This document shows, in pieces, positions 24,562 through 33,114 of a DNA stretch of 33,114 nt (position 1 is the first letter of the stretch; each line of letters starts with the position of its first letter). Under the pieces are notes generated by a model. It did not search any database. It saw only the letters and a list, made by a program, of their open reading frames with translations, and was not told the origin of the DNA. Origin of the DNA: Macrostomum lignano (lineage: Eukaryota); assembly GCA_002269645.1 (NCBI GenBank), contig NIVC01003974.1, forward strand, positions 1-33,114, written 5' to 3'. The translations under genes and the position numbers were made by a program.

Positions 24562-24830
24562 AACTGAAGGAGTGCTACAGACTTGGCAGCACAGATTACG
24601 TCTCGGGCATCAGCGTGACGGAGAGTGGCAAGACCTGTCAGTCATGGGAGATTCGCACCTGCCCATCTGGCACCAGCGGCAAAACCTGCCACGAGCCTAG
24701 CAGCGCAGTGAAGCGTGCTAAAAAGATTGGCAACACCTGTCGGATTGTTCCCGGCGATTCAGCCAAAAAGCCGTGGTGTTATACTACTACGAGTAAGAAG
24801 TGGGAGTATTGCAAAATTCCGCAATGCTGA
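24562..24830 (+). CDS. MACPF gene exon 3 (terminal): kringle-like domain 2
   Basis: Acceptor TTACAG ends at 24561. ECY..TDY..VTESGKTCQSW..NTCR..KPWCYT..WEYCKIPQC ends at TGA 24828-24830. Confidence 0.88.
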
Positions 24831-25674
24831 ATGATTAACCTTTACTGGAGACGGTTTATAGTTGACGACTCAAAAATCATAAAAACTGGAAATTTTCTCT
24901 TTTGGCTTTTTAGTTTTCTCTATTTATTTCGTAATTTTACCGGGTTTATTTACGAGCGTAGTTTTTTTTCAAAGGTATTATCATGTTCTTATCTATATTT
25001 AATGCTTTGCTGCCAATTCCCATAAGTTTTCCCCCTTAATAAACTGCGACGCTTGTCTAATATTCCTTTTGACTCGTCTCTAGACTGCGGTTTGAGGCTA
25101 ATTTTTCGTTGCAATATAATAAATGCAAAACAATACAATTGAGCTTTTTAATGCCTTAGATCATTTTTTCTATTATAAATACGCGGATACCTATGATGGG
25201 TACATGTACTTAGATGCAATAAAGAATTGGTTTACGCTTCATGTTTCATGCAGTTAGCTAATATCGAAGTCCAGCCACGTGACGCTGGAGAATTTTCTGC
25301 TAAGATTTGCCAGCAAATGCATTTTTCCTGCAGCGCATTTGGCAGCTAGATTCTGTCTGCATTGCCTCCCTAATGCTTAAGTAAGTAATAGATTTAGCCG
25401 ATCAAAACGTTTTGATAGTAACTGCATATCCAATTCATATTTTTGTAGGTATTCAGTTCTAATACATGCAGGAGTACATCGGTGAGCTATTAATTCATGC
25501 ATATGCCGTGGCGCTTTGTCGCCAAAATCTCTTTATTAAGACTTACGCGGTACTAGCATTAGAGGGGGGTTGCAATGCAGACAGAATCTGCTGCTGCGTG
25601 GCCAAATGCTCTGCAGAAAAAAGCATTGCGGGCAAATCTCGGCGGGCAATTCGTCTGCGGACAATTCTCGTGCT

Positions 25675-26672
25675 GGGATAACGACGTTTGCCTGCGCGAC
25701 GTTTGCCTGCGCGACGTTTGCCTGCGGGACGTTTGCCTGCGGGACGTTTGCCTGCGGGACGTTTGCCTGCGGGACGTTTGCCTGCGGGACGTTTGCCTGC
25801 GGGACGTTTGCCTGCGGGACGTTTGCCAGCCGACGTTTGCCAGCCGACGTTTGCCAGCCAACATTAAGTCAGTGAGTGAAAAAATTTGATACTGAAATTT
25901 TCGCAGTTTGTTTTTTAGCCCAACTTTTTGGCGGTTCTTCGCATGTGTAAAAGTTCGAAAACGAAATCTATACAAATCATGCAGTTCATCAATCTAACAT
26001 CTAGTTTAACAAAAAGTTCTTTGGATGTGAAAATATTATAAAGTTTACTTCTGACAGCTTTGTATCGCTTTTCCCAGTTTCTATTCCCATTTCCCAGTTC
26101 ATTGGGAGATCCAAAAGTAAGTGAATTAATTCCAATGCAGCTTGTCAAGTGCACGCTGTCATGGCCAAACTCCATTAAGCAGAGTTTGGCTTTTGAGTTA
26201 AGTATAAATAGGCGAGACTAAGCCTATACCATTATGGATGTCTCAGTCTTTTCCCATTTAGCTTGTAAACACTTAGCTTGGTTGGCCACTTGAGATGGAA
26301 AGGGCCATTCCATGGCATACATAGACATCAATTGTGACATTGGAAACTCCTATTTTGTATTTTTAGCTTTCTATTTAGGCAGACAAGATCAATTACTTCA
26401 ATAAGCCTGGACAGTAGTTTGTTAGTAAACCTGTATATTTAATAGCAGTTGTAGGGAGCAAGGTGGAATTAGATTAGTGCTATGTCCTCAGTTTTCAAAC
26501 GCAAGTACATGTAAGCCTAGAGAGGGCATTACTTCTTTAACCAATTGCCGCCTGTAAATGTCCGGTTGGCAAACGTCGGCTGGCAAATGTCCCGCTGGCA
26601 AACGTCGGCTGGCAAACGTCCCGCAGGCAAACGTCGGCTGGCAAACGTCCGGCAGGCAAACTTCGTAGACCC
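25675..26672. mobile_element. Non-autonomous foldback/MULE-like DNA transposon (998 bp) with tandem-repeat TIRs
   Basis: Perfect 8-bp TSD CTCGTGCT at 25667-25674 and 26673-26680. Termini are GGGATAACGACGTTTGCCTGC versus reverse complement GGGTCTACGAAGTTTGCCTGC. Left arm has 9 x 15-bp and 3 x 14-bp GACGTTTGCC units; right arm has 7 inverted copies (26560-26661). Confidence 0.85.
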
Positions 26673-27827
26673 CTCGTGCTCCATGTGACGCATATTGCAT
26701 CACCCACAGTTGAGACGAAGCCATCGCGTAAATTGCGTCACTTAAGTCTGAGATCTGAGAAAAGTTGACCACTTGTGTTTGGGTGGAAACTTTAAAATGT
26801 TGCTGAGTGTATATCAATATTTTCGAGCATTGGTACGTGTGCTCTTAAATGCTTAAACGACTTAGCGTCAAAACGAAAAGCGACGTCAAATTCCGAGTTT
26901 TTTAATTCAAAATTCAATGAAATAAACGCGGTTTGTTGTTTCTTAGAATTGTTCGATAAATGAATCATCCACTTTTTGCCTATTCATTCGGAGGGTGGAC
27001 ATTTTGGGCGTACAAACAAGTGTGCATGTATCACTTGCTGATTATATTATTATACTACATGCGTAGAGATATTGTACAGTTAGAGAAGGCTTGAAGGGAT
27101 CATGGCTTGCCGTGAATCAGCTACGCACGTGCACACTTGTTGCATTTTATGATATAAAATGACTTTGACCTGCCGTTCTCTGTTATCAGCGGCAAAGTTT
27201 CTCTGAAGCGTTTAAACTCGCAACTGCAGCCTGTTAATCGGGACGCTATACTCGTATGAGTTGATACACAGCTAGGTGTAGGCATATAGCTATACTATAC
27301 GTTTTAAATCACCGTGTGACCCTTCAGATATCGCTTCGCAATTCCAACCAAGGTTGATGGGTGCATAGCTACCAGCTATATATAACCCAGTAGAGTTCCT
27401 AGTAGGGTGCCAAAGCTGTCCATCAGAGCTAGCCAAAGCTATACATTTAGCTATACTTTTGCATGTTAAAATTTTGATTGTTAGGATTGTAAGGATCACT
27501 TTTCAAGGTAAGCTCGGTGATCATATACTTCTTTCTGCGGGATATTATCTAGTCATGTCAAAAACAGATAATTTAAATGTGGTTGGTCCTCTAAACTTCC
27601 GTTTCTTTATAGAATGAAGCTGAACCGGGGCAAAAATTAAGATGAATAATTTGGATCGACAAAAAGAAGACGCGTCTGCACGTGACGAATTCATATTGTT
27701 GACATAATACTAATGCAATTTTTTTAAAGTATTTAAGCTACAATGATTTTATGAAACTATATTTTTGCACGCAACTTAAAAAAATTGTATTTTTATCAAC
27801 GTACCGATGTAAGTATATACGAGCAGC

Positions 27828-28438
27828 TATACTGTCCGTCAGGAGTTCCGGAGCCCTTGCTACAATGTCTTCTAGCGGACATAATTTCAGTCCGTTTCAA
27901 TTGTAACTTGATTCAAATGAAAGCTGCGGATCTCAGCTCCATGATGTGGTCAAGAAAAAGTTTATTCGAAGGAGCGCGTGTGAACAGGCCAGTGTTATGT
28001 ACATAAAGGTTAGAGAAAAAAAGTGAGGAAAAGACAAACAAGCAATTGTCTATGGTTGCTGAGTCTATGGAGCAAACACACATGGGAAGGAATCGGTTTG
28101 CGCGCAGTGTTCAGCCTGGCTAACATTAGTCTATGGCCAAAACTTGTGTTGAAATCAACAGGCTCTTATGGATTCTTGTGCAGTCAGCTTTAATGGGAGA
28201 GTAAAAAAGAGTAAAAATAATTGCTTGTTTGTCTTTTCCTTACTTTTTTTCTCTGACCTTTATGTACATAACACTGGCCTGTTCACACGCGCTCCTTCGA
28301 ATGGACTTTTTCTTGACCACATCATGGAGCTGAGATCCGCAGCTTTCATTTGAATCAAGTTGCAATTGAGACGGACTGAAATTGTGTCCGCTGGAAGACA
28401 TCGTGGCAGGGGTTCCGGAACTTTTGACGGACAGTATA
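27828..28438. mobile_element. MITE with 220-bp inverted arms and TA ends (Tc1/mariner-like)
   Basis: 27828-28047 is the near-identical reverse complement of 28219-28438, with a ~170-bp spacer. Ends are TATACTGTCCGTCA ... TGACGGACAGTATA, consistent with a TA TSD. Confidence 0.82.
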
Positions 28439-29359
28439 ATTGATTCTGTAATAGTATCCACTACAAATTGATTAAATGTTCTTATGATACTACTATTAGT
28501 TCGCCGCTTGTATGTTTTGCTCCTACAGAAAGCCTGAATGAATTTATTTTTCTTCAATATTTTTAGCTGCTTCGATCGAAGTAATGTCGTGTGACTGCAT
28601 AATACTTCTGTACAGAAATTCGCGAACTATACGCTACTCACTACTACTTACTGATGGTAATGTTGTGACAGTAGAGCTCATATTTTACTGCCGCGAGTCA
28701 GTTACGAAATCGAGCAAACTTTTTGTAATTATGTTTTGTGCGAATCAATATAGTCGAGCATGGACTCGAACCCGGATAGAGAAGTCAACTGATCGAGGTC
28801 AAAGCCCCTCTCTTAAGTGTCAAGTTTAAATGTGTCAAGCACTTTTGTCTCCTTAGGTTCCAACGTATTTCTCAGCTATCATGCATAAATTCAAATGAGA
28901 AGCAGACGCGAAAAAAGCAGAAAGCAGGAAAGCTTACGAGCTATCAACAAAGAAAGCCTCGCCAATCTAAGTAATTCTTAATTATTTACTTAGCATAGTA
29001 GCCATTATATCATAAACGTGCATGTAAATAACGTATAGCATAGAGGACGCTTGTGAAGATAAATTACATGCATGCGTATCTTTCGCGTAGCTATACAGGT
29101 AAATGCCTATGTGCAAACCTGTGCAAACAAAAAACAATAGTTGGATGGTACGAGCGAATCTTTACAGTAGTTTATTGCAACTTTATGAGCCTGGAACCTT
29201 TCGAAACCTGGCAACTTAAAGCAGCACCTCATGCTTTCGAAGGTACTAGAACCTGGCCTGACAGTTGGAGTTGTATCGACGCCGCAACGGAGGTTGCTTG
29301 GATGCATGGGATTCAAGATGCTGATGCTGAATGCAAGCGTCAGAAGATTACAAGCATTA

Positions 29360-30100
29360 GAACGCAGTCCACCGAATTGATTGCGAAAGCTGCAGTCCGC
29401 AGGCGCCGCTGCCGTTGCCGTTGTACGCGTCGCATTCTTCGGTTGCGATAAACTGATTAGCACCACCGGACGAAGCTCTCGTCAGCTGACCGCAGCTACC
29501 CAGCGACGGCGGCGGCGGTGGCGGAGGCGGCGAGCGCTTTTTTCGACAGCAGCCGCTGTCCAGGCAGCGCTGGAAGGCCGGCTGGCCGTCTGCGTCGCAT
29601 AGCAGGAATGCGGTTGGAGCGAATCCTTCCACACCATCGCTAAGGCGGCGGACCCGCAGCCAATCTGGCCGACGCTCGCTGCAGTCGATGGCCAGTATTT
29701 TCTCTTCGGCTGACAGGGCCAGCTCGTCCGGGCTATTGGGCGACGGCGAATAGGCGAATACGACTGTGAAGGCGAGGCCGCGGCACGGACGGCGGTGTGG
29801 GTTCTGCAGGAGCGTCTGCTGCTGCATCTGCTGCTCGATCTGTAAATCAATGCCAAGGCCTGAGTCTTCGCGACTGCAGCAGGTGCCGAGAGACGCTGCG
29901 GGACGTAACGGATGCGTCGCAGCCGCAGGCTGGTTGAGCCGCTGCTGCTGGGTGAGGCACTGCTTGAATTGCTGGAGCTGGTTGGGTTGCTGTTGTTGTC
30001 TGGTTTTTTGGTGCTGGTCCTGGTTAGGCCGCTGCAGGTGACGGTGCTGTGGATGAAGCGGCTGCTGATTTTGCTTGAACAGTCGAATATGCATGTATTT
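29360..30100 (-). CDS. Gln-rich, SH3-domain, poly-Pro protein (exon; 5' boundary uncertain)
   Basis: FTVVFAYSP..PDELALSAEEKILAID..DWLRVRRLSDGVEGFAPTAFL fits the SH3 pattern (about 29590-29770). It is preceded by a Gln-rich tract and followed by PPPPPPPP. GC-rich coding-like composition; stop at 29357-29359. Confidence 0.75.
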
Positions 30101-32145
30101 ATAGCCACACTTCATGCATGCATGTAGTACACGTACCGTTTCACTTGAAGCAGGCTGTAGCGACTCGCTCGATGCGCCCTTAGTTTTATTTGAATGTTTC
30201 ACAAACAAATTCATTTCAACAAAATAATAACTGTAATCCTCTAATTCTAAATACGAGCTGAATTTTGATTTTTAACTCAACAATATGCTGTCAACCCCGG
30301 AAATCAAGCTATCCAAGATTCACTGTGGAATGGTGCTTCACATTTCAAACATTCCAAGCCTGTTGCATTTATAATATAAGAATGTTTTTCTTCTTCCAGT
30401 GAGGCTGCGAAGCAAGAGGTAGAATTTGTTTTGCTTGCTGCTGGAGTTCATTCTACACTGTAGCGAGTCTGCATGGTTGGCTGGCTTTTTGAAATGCTTC
30501 TGTGTCAAGAGCGACAGATAATGCAGAGCCATGCAGTTAAGAGACTTGAGAGAGTCATTCCATAGGCGGGTTTGTCAATTTGTTTGTCAAAGCTGAACCA
30601 ACATGAGCAGTAAAAACTGATGGCAACAGAGGCCGCTCTTGCTGTAGTGGCTGCAGCAAATGCTCAATTCAACTGTGTCACTACTCAGAATTATGTAGCT
30701 AGACATTTGCACTGGTTCAGTGTGTGTTGCTTACAGCCAATTTATTAATTTTTACTGACACTTCAGTATATCTATAAAGCATGGTGAGGCTTGAGTCGCT
30801 TCACCATTCCACAACTACAGCACTGTCATAAAGTTTTTATGACGAAAAATGCAGAACACCTTTCTCTTTTTTACGGCTAACAATATATGCAGTAGAAAAG
30901 AACAAAATTTTAAAGAAGTCTTCTCTATGAAGGCAGAGACCCCACAGTCTCCCAGTCGATGCAAATGTACAGCCGAGCTCCCCATGAGCTCAAATTTTTT
31001 TCTAGCATAGATTGTTGGTTGATTTTTCAGTGAATTGTACAGTGAAGCAGTCAATTGTTCTCTCTCCGGATTTTACTTTCCTTTGCTAAGCTCAAAATAG
31101 CTAGTAGTGGCTTGCGTAAAATGACATATACACTCGTAAATCGTTAATACGACCTTAAATGCGCCGACCCGACTTGTTCCTGCCAATTTTTTTTCCAAAA
31201 GTCAAACTTGAGCAGAATTAGTTTGTGCTTTTGTTGTATCCCACATATACACTTGTAACGATTGAAGTACTGGTGCAGTATTTTTAAATCCTGATTTAAA
31301 AAAAGTAAAATATTATCCGTTTTTTAGATTACTTTTTTCTCCAGTGGCCAGTTATCAAAGATTTTGTATCTGAGCGTTTTATTCACTTTACTAACGGTAA
31401 ACAACTATCTACTCTACGATTTGCATGAAAAGCTTTAATCATTTTCACTAATGGAAAAATAACTGCAAGAAAAAAGCATCACATATCAACTGTTTTAGGG
31501 TCGAACACATGATGGTCATGGTTATTAGATTATATTTAACAAACAACATATCAACGACTGTTAAATTTGAAACCTTCTAATCAAAAACAAGCAGTAAGTT
31601 TTCTGTCAATAAAATGTACTAAAAATACCAAATATATGCTAACACTGCGAAGCTAAATAAATATATACTTGCGAGTTGCGGCTTTAAAGAAACGAAACTT
31701 TTAGGTAAAACGTTTTAACATTTGTACAGCATGTAAAGTTCTATACAGGACAACAATAATCAATGAATAACGTATGGAATTTTAGCTACGAAACGTAGGC
31801 GGTAGGCATCCAAAGGGGCTATTGTTTAAGTAGAACCAATCTATTGAGTTTTTATTTATTATGGATGGGTAATTGGCAGCCGCTTATGCATATCAAGTGT
31901 TCGAATGACTTTTTTCTAGCAAAAATATATTGAATTTTACAAACAATTTGATTCTCTGCATGTCCGTGCCTAGCCCGGGTGGGTAAATTGGATAAATGTT
32001 TTTGATTTTTAGTTTCTTGGCTTTTGCCATGTTAAAAATATTTGATATGTGAGAGCATTGTTGCTTTTAATTGATTTTTTCAAAGATTATCTAAATAACA
32101 TCCCAAATCCGCTTTTTTAGCTGAAGCCTGAAAAGATTTAACAAT

Positions 32146-32196
32146 TAGTGTTTAACCGCCCTTACTCTACTGCATTGTAAGGGCGGTTAAACACTA
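32146..32196. other. Perfect 20-bp inverted repeat (hairpin) with an 11-nt loop
   Basis: TAGTGTTTAACCGCCCTTAC (32146-32165) pairs with GTAAGGGCGGTTAAACACTA (32177-32196). Confidence 0.93.
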
Positions 32197-32204
32197 TTGA
32201 TTTT

Positions 32205-32755
32205 CTTAGTTAAGTTTGGCCTGGGTGAGAATTATCGATTGGCTAGTCAAGCTCCGGTGGGGCCTGACTTTTAATCGTTTTAAAAAAACGTCGGCCGCTC
32301 ACCGTCCCCCGCCTAGGCTCTTTTTTATGACATTAACGTTTAAATTAATAGCCTTGCAGTGGGTTTGGTCTGGTTGAACATTATCGATTTTTTGGTTAGC
32401 CGCAGTTCAGACCGGGCCTGACTTTTAATCGTTTTAAAAAAACGTCGGCCGCCCACCGTCCCCCCGCCCTAGGCTTTTTATGACATTAACGTTTAAATTA
32501 ATAATAGCCTTGCAGTGGGTTTGGTCTGGTTGAACATTATCGATTTTTGGTTAGCCCTGCAGTTCAGACCGGGCCTGACTGTTAATCGTTTTAAAAAAAC
32601 GTCGGCCGCCCACCGTCCCCCCGCCCTAGGCTTTTTATGACATTAACGTTTAAATTAATAATAGCCTTGCAGTGGGTTTGGTCTGGCTGAACATTATCGA
32701 TTTTTGGTTAGCCTGCAGTTCAGACCGGGCCTGACTGTTAATCGTTTTAAAAAAC
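32205..32755. repeat. ~155-bp satellite-like tandem repeat, ~3.5 copies
   Basis: GGGCCTGACT recurs at 32261, 32414, 32571 and 32727 (periods 153, 157, 156). A degenerate copy may extend to about 32870. Confidence 0.93.
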
Positions 32756-33114
32756 CTCTACCGTCTCTTTCAATCTGCTAGGTCTTTTATGACTTAAAGT
32801 TCAAATTGACTGACTTGAGAGAGTGCGCGTGGGTGAATAAATTTTTTTATCTTTTATCGATTTTTACAGCGGTCAATTCCTCTGGCCTCATGCCTGATTT
32901 CTTGTTTTAACACTGTTGAATTAGTCAGTAAAGTTCATTGTTGTTTCCGCTTTAGCATCTTTTGTAGAACTTATTACTAACAAGTTGAATTAATTCAATA
33001 AATCGTTATTGGAGCACCTAAACAGAACACACATTTCTTTCCGGAGACTCAGCCCGTACTTTAGACGCCAAAACCGTTAATCTTACAAATCTACAATCAC
33101 ACAACGCAAGCATA

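Overview
This is eukaryotic, animal-type genomic DNA: spliced genes with GT-AG introns, AT-rich spacers and a heavy load of tandem repeats. The style suggests an invertebrate such as the flatworm Macrostomum, but that is inference only. Three protein-coding loci are visible. (1) A SCAF4/SCAF8-family Pol II CTD-binding gene on + (CID, RRM, Pro/RGG tail; exons 4644-10274; first coding exon not found; one frameshift). (2) A large secreted pore-forming-type protein on + (18678-24830, about 1,685 aa after repairing two 1-bp frameshifts). Its architecture is signal peptide, amphipathic N-terminus, MACPF domain with a glycine zipper inserted in TMH1, a probable FAMeT-like beta domain, a furin-like repeat, about 26 CxxC repeats and two atypical 8-Cys kringles. 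This is the most interesting object in the window. (3) A Gln-rich SH3/poly-Pro exon on -. Mobile DNA comprises a decayed, 5'-truncated RNase H-bearing LINE (LOA/R1-like), a tRNA-derived SINE, and three non-autonomous DNA transposons with visible TIRs and TSDs. Four introns each carry their own private minisatellite, and there are also intergenic GC-rich and roughly 155-bp arrays. There is no CRISPR array, rRNA or functional tRNA.
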